Below, piece by piece: positions 9,004-17,779 of a stretch of DNA of 64,000 bases. Both the position numbers and the translations under genes were made by a program. Source of the DNA: Candidatus Spongiisociaceae bacterium (GTDB lineage: Bacteria > Actinomycetota > Acidimicrobiia > Spongiisociales > Spongiisociaceae); contig CBDCOH010000002.1 of assembly GCA_965219685.1 (NCBI GenBank), positions 2,976,001 to 3,040,000 of the forward strand. The letters run 5' to 3'. Numbering within the stretch: the first letter of the stretch is position 1; the number at the start of each line of letters is the position of its first letter. Under the pieces are notes generated by a model, which saw nothing but the letters and a program-made list of their open reading frames with translations, ran no database searches and had not been told where the DNA came from.

Positions 9004-11517
9004 TTATTCCTCAGCGGAGTCAGCCGGGACCATCAGCATCGCTACCGGTACCTCGATCTCACTGCTGCGGAACCAGACTCCCAACGGGAGATCGGTCGGC
9101 AGGTACCGGATGTCGGGGATGATCTTCTCGCCGTCGGCGCCCACGAAGCCCAACTCGGTTCGGCCAGCGGAAACTCGCCGCGCCCGGATCCTCCCGATCG
9201 AGTCTCCTCCTACCTCGACCTCACCGCTCACCTGCCACCTGCCGTGTGGCGCGTCTTCGCGCAGGAAACGCGCCGGTGGCAAGACTTGCTCACCGCCCAC
9301 AAGCTCGATGCCGTGCTCGAGGCGACCGTCATCGCCCAGCCGGGCGATGATGCGCAGCCGATAGGCCTCGGGGTTCGAGGCCGGTTCCTCGCCCGTCCCA
9401 AGACCGAGCCTCCTGCGAAGCTCGGAACTGCGGTCGATCGACAGACGCTGCAGGAAACGGAGGCTCGCTGCGCCGACCGTCTGCACAGCGCACAATGCGC
9501 TGTCGACTGCGAGCCCGTGGACAGGCCGGAGCGCCCGCATTTCGGCGTCGAGAGCGAGCAACTGGTCGATGTTGGCCACCTCCGCCGCCTCGAGCGCGTC
9601 GCCAAGGGCATCCGCTCCGGGGTCGCAACCCACCTGGTCCGCCATCATCCCCTGGACACCCTGGTCCTGCCAGCCCTCATCGGCCGCCCGGGCCGCGGCG
9701 ACGATCTCGCCTGCCGTCACGGCCGCCGCGACGACACTCTCGGCGTAGGCGACCTGCGAGTGGACTTGGAGCGCCTCCTCGAACGACAACGCCGTCCCAT
9801 CCTCGATCCGGCTGAGGAGCGATCGCCAGGAATCAGCCATCCACGCGTACTGGGAAGACGCTGCATCCGCCACCTCCAAGACCGAATCCTCGATCGCTAT
9901 GGGATTGAGCGCCTCGCCGGCGGCCATGGAGTCGATCATTCCCGATGCGCCGACAACTGAGGCGTATCGCTGTGCGAAGGCGTTGAGGAGCGTGCTGGCC
10001 GAAAGGTTCGCCCCGGTGACCGCTTCGGGGTCCGCCTCCTCCGACAACTCCGAGATCGCCGGCCTAGCGAACAAGCCATCCAATAGCTGGGTGAGCACTC
10101 CCGCCGTGTAGATGGCTTGCAGCCGGACCTGCGGATCTACCTCTGCATCCGGGTCGGCCGCGGAGCTCACGGATGTCGTGACCTCTCCGTCGTTGTCCGC
10201 TTCCGCGGAAACTGTGTACGCACTGCCGTCTACGCGCACGTCGACGCGTTCGAAAGTCGGGCCGTCCAGGACCATCAGGTTCTGCCAGAGGCCATGGAAC
10301 CCGATCTCGTCACCCTTCCCGTCGTAGGTGACAATCCCTACGAACACCCACGAAGGGCCGGACCGGTTGATGCTGACATCGAATGGGGCAAGGTCGCCGA
10401 GCTCAGTGCTGCCCCCGCTCGCCGTCTCGGACCCGGTGTGGTACGACACACCAGCCTGCCAACGGTCTGCGGTCAGTCTGGTGCGGTCGAACACGCGGGG
10501 TCCAACCACGTAAGGCACGGCGTAGCCGCCTTCGGCGAGGTCGCCTCCGACGTTTCCGGCGCGGTAGTGGACGGGGAAGGAATCGCCCGCGACGACTTCC
10601 GCGGGGGTATGCACTTCCTCGATCTTCAACCGGGGCCCCTTCTGGTCCTCCTGCTCATCCACGAGGTGCACCGTGAGGTTGAAGTCGGCCCGCAGGGGTT
10701 GGTAATCGCGTTCCAGGTAGGTGGTCGCCTCGATGAAGTAGGCCCCGGCCGGGAGGTACCGGACTATGCGGGAGTTGCGCCGCTCCCCGCCATCGTCGTT
10801 GGCTCCGATGATGCCACCCGTTAGCGATGCCAAGGACATGACAGGATCGCCTTCTTCCGATGTCAGGTCGATGCGCACACGACCGGCATGAGCGAGGTTG
10901 AACGTGTAGCCGTGGGCCGGGTGCTCCACGACGAAGCGCGAACCGCACGTATCGATGGTCCAGGTTCCGGACGCGGTCAGATCGGTGCCCGTTTCCAGCG
11001 TGCCGAGATGCACCGGCTCGCACCCGGAGACGTAGCTGACAGCGATGCCGAAGTCCGCAGGTCCCCGGCTCCGCCCGCCGACTGTCGTTGCCTCGATCAT
11101 GTACACGCCGGGGAGTAGGTCTCGCTCCACCCGGGCGTCCAGGTTGGCTCCACCGTCGTCGTTCTCAGCGATGCGGGTGCCGTCCTCCGCGAGTAGGTAG
11201 AGGTATGGATCCGCCCCGGCGGATGTCAACTCGACCCTGACTCGTCCTGGCGCAGCGACGCGGAAGCGATAGGTATGAGCGTCACTACCGGCACGGAAAC
11301 GCGAGTCGCAGTCCTCAGTCGTCCAGCGACCGACCGTGTCCAGGGAGGCGTCGGGGCCGCCAAGAGTCCCGAGCTCGGTGACCTCGCAGCCCTCGGACTC
11401 CTGCGCCGACACAGTACCCGATGCCGGAAGCGCCAGTAGGCTCGCGACCAAGGTGAAGGCGATGCAAGCCTGTGCCAGCCTGTGTAGTCGTAGCTCCTCA
11501 GCCAAGACCGGTTTCAT
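9004..11517 (-). CDS. Secreted protein with two PPC (pre-peptidase C-terminal)-like domains
   Basis: Signal peptide ending VSA-QE; two DPYLYL/DPVMSL...NDDGG...G.Y.IEATT units; helical middle; duplicated C-terminal motif. Confidence 0.75.
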   Translation of the reverse strand: MKPVLAEELRLHRLAQACIAFTLVASLLALPASGTVSAQESEGCEVTELGTLGGPDASLDTVGRWTTEDCDSRFRAGSDAHTYRFRVAAPGRVRVELTSAGADPYLYLLAEDGTRIAENDDGGANLDARVERDLLPGVYMIEATTVGGRSRGPADFGIAVSYVSGCEPVHLGTLETGTDLTASGTWTIDTCGSRFVVEHPAHGYTFNLAHAGRVRIDLTSEEGDPVMSLASLTGGIIGANDDGGERRNSRIVRYLPAGAYFIEATTYLERDYQPLRADFNLTVHLVDEQEDQKGPRLKIEEVHTPAEVVAGDSFPVHYRAGNVGGDLAEGGYAVPYVVGPRVFDRTRLTADRWQAGVSYHTGSETASGGSTELGDLAPFDVSINRSGPSWVFVGIVTYDGKGDEIGFHGLWQNLMVLDGPTFERVDVRVDGSAYTVSAEADNDGEVTTSVSSAADPDAEVDPQVRLQAIYTAGVLTQLLDGLFARPAISELSEEADPEAVTGANLSASTLLNAFAQRYASVVGASGMIDSMAAGEALNPIAIEDSVLEVADAASSQYAWMADSWRSLLSRIEDGTALSFEEALQVHSQVAYAESVVAAAVTAGEIVAAARAADEGWQDQGVQGMMADQVGCDPGADALGDALEAAEVANIDQLLALDAEMRALRPVHGLAVDSALCAVQTVGAASLRFLQRLSIDRSSELRRRLGLGTGEEPASNPEAYRLRIIARLGDDGRLEHGIELVGGEQVLPPARFLREDAPHGRWQVSGEVEVGGDSIGRIRARRVSAGRTELGFVGADGEKIIPDIRYLPTDLPLGVWFRSSEIEVPVAMLMVPADSAEE

Positions 11518-11832
11518 ATCGAACTCCTCCCGATTCGGAATGGTGTCATACAGGCACCTTGATTCCGTTGAGCACCGCTGATGCCGTCGGCGGTGCGATC
11601 CTAATCACTTTGTCGTCTCCGCGACTTCGACCTCCCCGAAACTGCATCGGCCCGTAGACGTACCAGCAGCTTCCGCAGGGGCACAGGATTGAGTGTCCTC
11701 ATCGCCTCGGCGGGTTTCCGTTCCCGCCCGAGAAGCCGGCAAACCTCTTACAGGCGATGTGGGAACCGATCACCCTTCGCCTGGATGGATGAAGCTATTG
11801 GATGTGGTCTGGCTCTCTAACGACCATGCCAA

Positions 11833-12558
11833 TCAGGCTGTCAGAGAGGCCAAGGAATCGCTCTTTCTGATCAGCGCCACACCCAGCAGGATGACCCATG
11901 CTATCTGGAAGAACACCGCGACGTTGCCCAAGAGGTAAAGGGTGAAGACGCTGTCCTCGAGGAGGGTCGCTAGCAGGAGGAGCAACGATCCAACAATTGC
12001 CGGGGCCACGCCCAGTAGCTGTGCGAGCAGCCTATCCGCGCCAAGTAGGCGCACGTTCATCAGTGACACAGCGAAAAAGGCCACGCCTACCAGGATCAGG
12101 ATTGTGGCAAAGATTCCGAGGGACCCTCCGATTACCATGAACACGACGGCAGTATCAAGTGCATCTCCTGTTAAGGCCTCGGCGGGGGTATATCCGAGGG
12201 TTACAGACATCAAGAAGTTCATTGCGAAGCCCGCGGTCCGGACTGACAGGCCAATTATAAGGAACAACATCCCTAGTTTCCTTAGGTATCCCTCGCTACC
12301 GCTGTCTCCCATCACTTCCTTCAGACCCCAGAATCCCACTAACAGGCCGAAGGAGGCTATGAATCCTACGTCCACCAGCAGAGTGACTAGCGTACTATGC
12401 GGTGCCATTCCAAGAATTGCCTCCTGCATAGCTGCCTGCGGACCGTTAGGGTTTTCTCCCGGGAAGACGCCTGGCCTTAGACTGCTGACCAACGTATCCA
12501 CCAGCGGCCCGATTACCAGGAGCCAACCAGCTATCTTTCCTAGTTTCGCCGATGTCAC
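11833..12558 (-). CDS. Hypothetical multi-pass membrane protein
   Basis: 241 aa, about six hydrophobic segments, AAGGAG RBS; visibly more AT-rich codons than its neighbours. Confidence 0.7.
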   Translation of the reverse strand: MTSAKLGKIAGWLLVIGPLVDTLVSSLRPGVFPGENPNGPQAAMQEAILGMAPHSTLVTLLVDVGFIASFGLLVGFWGLKEVMGDSGSEGYLRKLGMLFLIIGLSVRTAGFAMNFLMSVTLGYTPAEALTGDALDTAVVFMVIGGSLGIFATILILVGVAFFAVSLMNVRLLGADRLLAQLLGVAPAIVGSLLLLLATLLEDSVFTLYLLGNVAVFFQIAWVILLGVALIRKSDSLASLTA

Positions 12559-12752
12559 AACGATCTCCTTTGTACTGTCCTAACTGGCGAGAATACGGAG
12601 ATCCACCCGCTGTGGAACCTGTAGACCCCTCACTTCAGATCACTGTAGCAAGATCCTTCGGATCCGGCGCGGCATAGGTTCTCACTCAGAGCCTGTTGGC
12701 TTGCTCTTGGTCTTCGACCCCACACTTGGCGATGTCCTCGGCGCTGCTGCAA

Positions 12753-14159
12753 CTATGAGGCTGTCCGGGTAACTGCAGACGCGAATCGGCCTGCTCCCGA
12801 CCCGGCAATGCGACCGAAGACCGCCCCGATCGTGAGACCAAAACCGGCGAGGTAGCCAGCGGTGAGCACGTTTCCCGACATGATCTCCCCAGCGGCGAAG
12901 AGGTTGTCGACCCGGCCTCGGTCTGTCTGCAGATGGGCGTCGGCATCGACTTTGACGCCGAGATAGGTGAAGGTGATCCCGCATCGCAGGGGGTAGGCGT
13001 AGAAGGGCGGGGAGTCGATCCGCAGCGCCCAGTTGGACTTCGGTATGTCGAGGCCGGTCGTGCTCCGCCCGTCGAGGCGGCCGTGATCGAAGGGGGGGTC
13101 GGCCGGAACCGACGAGTTGAACTGGCGGATCGTCCGCTCTAGTGCATCCAGGGGCAGTCCCGCCTGCTGCGCCAGACCGTCGAGCGTCTCCGCTTGGTAC
13201 GGCGGGTAGAGGCCCGGTATGAACAAATGGTTGACCTGCGAATCGAATACCGAGAAGGCGATCTGATCCTGCTGCGCCGCGATCAGGTGACCCCAACTGG
13301 CGTATCTCCTCGGCCAGAGGTCCTCTCCCTCGTCCGCGAAACGCTGAGCAGCCTTGTTCACCATGATGGACAACGGCACCGAGTCGATCCGCGTAACGAT
13401 GCCCCCGTCGAAGTCCGGGGCGCGGGCGTCGACGCTGATTGCGTGCGCCCCCTTCGGATCGCCGACCGACAGCGCACCGCGTCCAAGAAGTGCCTTGAGC
13501 GGACCCCCAATGTTGAAGGGCGACCCGCGGATCACGAACCGGTCCGCCGCCTCACCCCAGTTCTCGCGGAGCCACGCCTTGTTGGCCTCGAACCCGCCCG
13601 ACGCGACCACGACGGAGCGGGCCGCTAGCTCGGTCGGTTCCCCATCCACGAGGGCGACAACTCCCGAGGCGCGATGCCCCTCCAACAGGATGTCTGTCAC
13701 CGGAGTCTCGTAACGCACGCCGATCTTGTGCCTGGCGGCCGACGCGTACAAAGCGTTGAGCATCGCCTTGCCGCCTCCCAGGAAGAACCTGTTGGTCCTT
13801 GACAGGTGAAGCGTGCCCTTCAGGGAAGCCTGCCAGTGGACACCGTGCTGCGCCATGAAGCCGGGAACCGACTCGGACGCCCTGATCACCATCCGGGCGA
13901 TGTCCTCATCGATGTCCTCGTCGCTCACCTTGACGAGGTCCGCCCAGAGCTCCTCTTCCGTATAGGTGCCGGTCAGAATCCCGTCACCGCCCGCGTGGAT
14001 GTGGCGGATGTTGCGCGTGTGGCGCGTGTTCCCACCACGCATGTCGATGGGCGCCGACTCCAGGACGAGGACCCGGTCGACGAAGCGGCTCGCTGTCAAG
14101 GCGGCACAGAGCCCCGCGTTGCCGCCGCCCACGACGATCACATCGGCTGCTGCCTTCAT
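12753..14159 (-). CDS. tcuA: FAD-dependent tricarballylate dehydrogenase
   Basis: VIVVGGGNAGLCAA, RGGNTRHTRN, LHLSRTNRFFLGGGKA, GGIVTRIDS, FAAGEIMSGNVL..GYLAGFG. Confidence 0.9.
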   Translation of the reverse strand: MKAAADVIVVGGGNAGLCAALTASRFVDRVLVLESAPIDMRGGNTRHTRNIRHIHAGGDGILTGTYTEEELWADLVKVSDEDIDEDIARMVIRASESVPGFMAQHGVHWQASLKGTLHLSRTNRFFLGGGKAMLNALYASAARHKIGVRYETPVTDILLEGHRASGVVALVDGEPTELAARSVVVASGGFEANKAWLRENWGEAADRFVIRGSPFNIGGPLKALLGRGALSVGDPKGAHAISVDARAPDFDGGIVTRIDSVPLSIMVNKAAQRFADEGEDLWPRRYASWGHLIAAQQDQIAFSVFDSQVNHLFIPGLYPPYQAETLDGLAQQAGLPLDALERTIRQFNSSVPADPPFDHGRLDGRSTTGLDIPKSNWALRIDSPPFYAYPLRCGITFTYLGVKVDADAHLQTDRGRVDNLFAAGEIMSGNVLTAGYLAGFGLTIGAVFGRIAGSGAGRFASAVTRTAS

Positions 14160-14269
14160 GGGAACCCGTCACCCGCCGTCATCGAACCCCCCGAGGCTCG
14201 CCGACTCGACGCTCTAGCGATACCCGATCCCGGCCTGTTGGCCCAGTACATGGCAGTATTATATGGTTC

Positions 14270-15424
14270 GTGAACCCGCCGAGCATGCGTGTGCCGACTG
14301 CAAGTGTCGCGGTCGCGGCCGACCCTCCCCGGATCCTGGGTGTAGGCCTACTCAACGAGGCGCAGCGTCAGTTCGACATCTGCAACGCCTGCCGCTACTG
14401 CGAGGGACTGTGCGCGGTCTTCCCTGCCCTCGAGCGGCGCTCCATCTTCACCGAGGGCGACGTCCTCTACCTCGCCAACCTGTGCCACGACTGCCGCAGC
14501 TGCTTTGACGTCTGCCCCTACGCCACCCCGCACCAGTTCGCGGTGGACATTCCCCCGTTGATGAGCCGTATCCGGGAGAAGACCTACCAGAGCTACGCAC
14601 GGCCCAAGGCTCTCGGGCATCTCCTCCTGGGACCCGCCCGCGGACGAGCCTGGCTTGCGGCGCTCGCGGTTGCGGTGACCATCGCGCTCGGATTGCTCAT
14701 CCTGGGATGGGACCGGCTCGTGGCCCCGCCCGCCGACGAGGCGGCGTTCTACGAATTGATCCCGTTCATGGTGATGACCATTCCGGCGTCCGTCCTCTCG
14801 GGCCTCGCCGTGCTGTTCCTCGGCGCCGGCTTGCTTGCCTTCTGGAGGGACACCACCGACCGGCGAGCCGATCTGGGATCGATGCGGGAAGCCATGCAGG
14901 CCGCCTTCAGCCTCAAGAACATGCACGGGGGAGGACCGGGGTGTACATATCCGAAGGAGGCACCCGCCAAGAGCCGCCTGGTCATGCACTCCCTGGTGTT
15001 CAACGGTTTCCTCGCCACGTTCCTAGCTACGATCCTCGCCGCCGTCTGGCAGGAACTGCTCGGGAGGCTGCCCCCCTATCCCCTGTTGAGCGCACCCGTG
15101 ATCGTCGGAACGATCGGCGGGATCGCAACCATCGCAGGATGCATCGGGCTACTCGTGCTGAGGGCCGGTAGCCGGACGGAACTCGAGACGTCCGGGGCTC
15201 GGCTCCTGGATCTCGACTTCATCACCCTCCTCCTCCTGATCAACGGGTCAGGACTGGCACTGCTGGCTTTGCGGTCGACGACGGCCATGGGACTGCTCCT
15301 GCTGGTCCACCTGGCCCTGGTAGCAGCCTTCTTCGTGAGCCTCCCGTACGGCAAGTTCGTCCACGCGACCTACCGGACCAGCGCGCTCATCCAGGACTCC
15401 CTGGAGAAGAGGACCGGCGCCTGA
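14270..15424 (+). CDS. tcuB: Tricarballylate utilization 4Fe-4S membrane protein
   Basis: ICNACRYCEGLCAVFPA, YLANLCHDCRSC...CPYA.PH.F, LPYGKFVH. Confidence 0.9.
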   Translation: MNPPSMRVPTASVAVAADPPRILGVGLLNEAQRQFDICNACRYCEGLCAVFPALERRSIFTEGDVLYLANLCHDCRSCFDVCPYATPHQFAVDIPPLMSRIREKTYQSYARPKALGHLLLGPARGRAWLAALAVAVTIALGLLILGWDRLVAPPADEAAFYELIPFMVMTIPASVLSGLAVLFLGAGLLAFWRDTTDRRADLGSMREAMQAAFSLKNMHGGGPGCTYPKEAPAKSRLVMHSLVFNGFLATFLATILAAVWQELLGRLPPYPLLSAPVIVGTIGGIATIAGCIGLLVLRAGSRTELETSGARLLDLDFITLLLLINGSGLALLALRSTTAMGLLLLVHLALVAAFFVSLPYGKFVHATYRTSALIQDSLEKRTGA

Positions 15425-15490
15425 TCCAACCCTCCGGAACGACCGGCGAACTCCGGACGGGAAGCACTCCACGGCCGGTTCAGACCATGA

Positions 15491-15511
15491 AACTAGCAAC
15501 TAGCAACTAAC
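15491..15511. repeat. Heptamer array (aactagc)n between convergent genes
   Basis: aactagc aactagc aactaac; same unit as 3391-3411. Confidence 0.5.
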
Positions 15512-15603
15512 GAAGAGGGTCAGGTCCAGCCCGCGCGAACACGGGCGTTGTCGTGTTCAGGTAGTGGACAGCAGGGATTCAGAGAACCTGGGGATCCGGC
15601 GCG

Positions 15604-17340
15604 CTAGCGCGGACCTGCAACCTCGACGGTCACGATGTCGACGCCACGATACTTCCGGTGACGGACCGTTGAGGCGTAGTGGCGCAGCAGGCAGAGAGAT
15701 ATCGAATCCTCCTCGGGAGTGCCGCCCGGCTCACTCAGGTACGCCAGCCGGTCCTCGATGTTCTCGTCTTCCAGAACCGCCATGAACTGAAGCTCGATCA
15801 TGCCGGAGCTCGGTTGAGCGGTGATTATGAGACGCGAGCGCGCTTGGTCCTCTCTCGCTTCCTGCAGGTTCGACAGCACCTCCTCGCCCACGAGATGAAG
15901 GCGTGATACCGAGTCGGCGTCCCAGCCTGTCCTCGTCGCCACTTGTTCGAGGAAGCCCCGGATGGTTGGCAGTGCGTCCATGTGCAACTCGACCTCAAGG
16001 CGCGTGCGTTTGCGGCCGCTCAGCTCGAATATCGCGGTCAGCAGGATCGCCGAGACCGTGCCCATCGTCAGACCGTTCCCGAGCAGCGTTCCCCAAGCGC
16101 CACCGATGAGGTCGGTGACGACGTTCGTGCCCTGCAAGCCAAAGCCCACTCCGAGCGAGACACCGACGATCAGTGCCTTGTGTGGCTGCAGACCGTCTTG
16201 AAAAACCGTTCGCAGGCCCTCCACGAACAGCAGCCCCATGATGATCGACAGGTATGCGATGCTGACCGCGCCAGGAACGGTTATCAGCAGTGCCATCGCC
16301 TTGGGGAGCAGGGCCAAGACCAGGAGCATAACGCCAACGGTGTATCCCACCCTGCGCGAGGCGACGCCGGTAAAGCTCGTCAACGAGACCGCGGTGGCGT
16401 TGGCGGTTCCGGTAGGTAGCGTTCCGGCAATACCGCTGAGCAAGCTGGTCAAGCCATTTGCGTTGACGGCGCCCTGCACGAGGCGGTAGTCCGTGACTCG
16501 TGGCTTCCGCCAGGAGACCTGCTGTATTACGACGCTTCCGCTCATCGACTTGATCGCACCCGCCATCGACACGATCAGGAACATCGGAAGCAGCGACCAG
16601 AACTCCAGGCCCGGCGCGAGGTCCAACCCGGGTAGCCGCGGATCGGGGAGGGCGACCCATGCTGCTTCGCTCACCGCCGCCGCGTCGTAGAGACCGAACA
16701 CCACCGCAGCGATGCACCCGGTCCCGATGCCGACGAGCGGCGACCAGAGGCGTAGCACGCCCCGCGCGCGCAATCCGAGCGCCGCTGAGGCAACCAACGT
16801 CACCACCGCCACGAACACCCCGCCGAGGGCAGGTGCCCCTTCGGGCGCCTTCTCCAGCCTCCCGACGGCAACCTGCATGACACCCGCCGATATCAGCATG
16901 ATCACGATGCCAGACACGACCGGCGTGATGATCCGGTGCAGTCGAGAGAGCCACAGCGCCAGAGCGAACTGGAAGGCCGAGGATACGACCACCAGAGTGG
17001 CCAGCGTCTGCGGTCCGGCTTCGTTCAAGGCCAACAGTGCAATAGCCACATAGCTCGGCGTGGTGCTGGTGATCAGGTTATGGCCACCTCCGATTGGTCC
17101 CAGACGACCTGCCTGCAAGATGGTCGCGAGGCCGCCGGATATGACCGCAGCCAAGACGAGCCAGGTGATGTCGGCCTCGCCGAGACCCGCCGCGTTCGCA
17201 AACAGTGAGATGGTGATAACCGTGGGCGCGGCAATGAGCACTACGCCCTGCACCCCCATGCCCAGCGACAACGCCAAGGGGCACCGGTCATCGGGATCGT
17301 AGGTGATACTGTCGGGCTGGTCCATCAAAGCGTCAACCAT
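15604..17340 (-). CDS. NCS2 (xanthine/uracil) family permease with C-terminal anti-sigma/HATPase-like extension
   Basis: LGVQGV, TILQ, IITPVVSG, NGLTSLLSG, TGVASRRVG NCS2 motifs; last ~135 aa soluble (LHLVGEEVLSNL...SLCLLRHYASTVRH). Confidence 0.85.
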   Translation of the reverse strand: MVDALMDQPDSITYDPDDRCPLALSLGMGVQGVVLIAAPTVITISLFANAAGLGEADITWLVLAAVISGGLATILQAGRLGPIGGGHNLITSTTPSYVAIALLALNEAGPQTLATLVVVSSAFQFALALWLSRLHRIITPVVSGIVIMLISAGVMQVAVGRLEKAPEGAPALGGVFVAVVTLVASAALGLRARGVLRLWSPLVGIGTGCIAAVVFGLYDAAAVSEAAWVALPDPRLPGLDLAPGLEFWSLLPMFLIVSMAGAIKSMSGSVVIQQVSWRKPRVTDYRLVQGAVNANGLTSLLSGIAGTLPTGTANATAVSLTSFTGVASRRVGYTVGVMLLVLALLPKAMALLITVPGAVSIAYLSIIMGLLFVEGLRTVFQDGLQPHKALIVGVSLGVGFGLQGTNVVTDLIGGAWGTLLGNGLTMGTVSAILLTAIFELSGRKRTRLEVELHMDALPTIRGFLEQVATRTGWDADSVSRLHLVGEEVLSNLQEAREDQARSRLIITAQPSSGMIELQFMAVLEDENIEDRLAYLSEPGGTPEEDSISLCLLRHYASTVRHRKYRGVDIVTVEVAGPR

Positions 17341-17779
17341 GGCGTGCGCAGTCTACGGTCAAGCCGACATGATCGGGCCCGCTGCAAAGGGCGTGAGGAT
17401 AGGTCGCCACCTTGGATTCCCGGCCCCAGAGCCCGGCGGTTGGCAACGAGCAGGCATGGTTCCCGGCCATCGAGTCCGGAAGCCGTCGAACCAACTGTCC
17501 AGGCCGGCAGGAACCCCGGTGGAGCAGGACGGGCAACTCCCTGGAACACAACACCACACTCGCGCCCGACTCTGGCGACTGGTGATCGAGGGTCGGGAAG
17601 CATCCTCTCTCCGGGCTGGGGCCATCCGTTGACCAGGAGGTGTGCTCTGGAATCTCGTGTGCGGGTCCAAGTCGGGGGTGTCACCTAGTGCTCGCCCTGC
17701 ACCTCTGACGGCAGCACGGAACGTACGAACGGCGTCCCCCCGGCGGTGTCAGTAGGACCCCGCGGAGGAGCCTCCATCC

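Noticed and set aside
868-15511. CRISPR array from the short intergenic repeats
   Set aside because: No regularly spaced repeat-spacer structure and no cas genes.
17341-17779. Purine or xanthine riboswitch upstream of the NCS2 gene
   Set aside because: No recognisable aptamer consensus by eye; an Rfam/Infernal scan would be needed.
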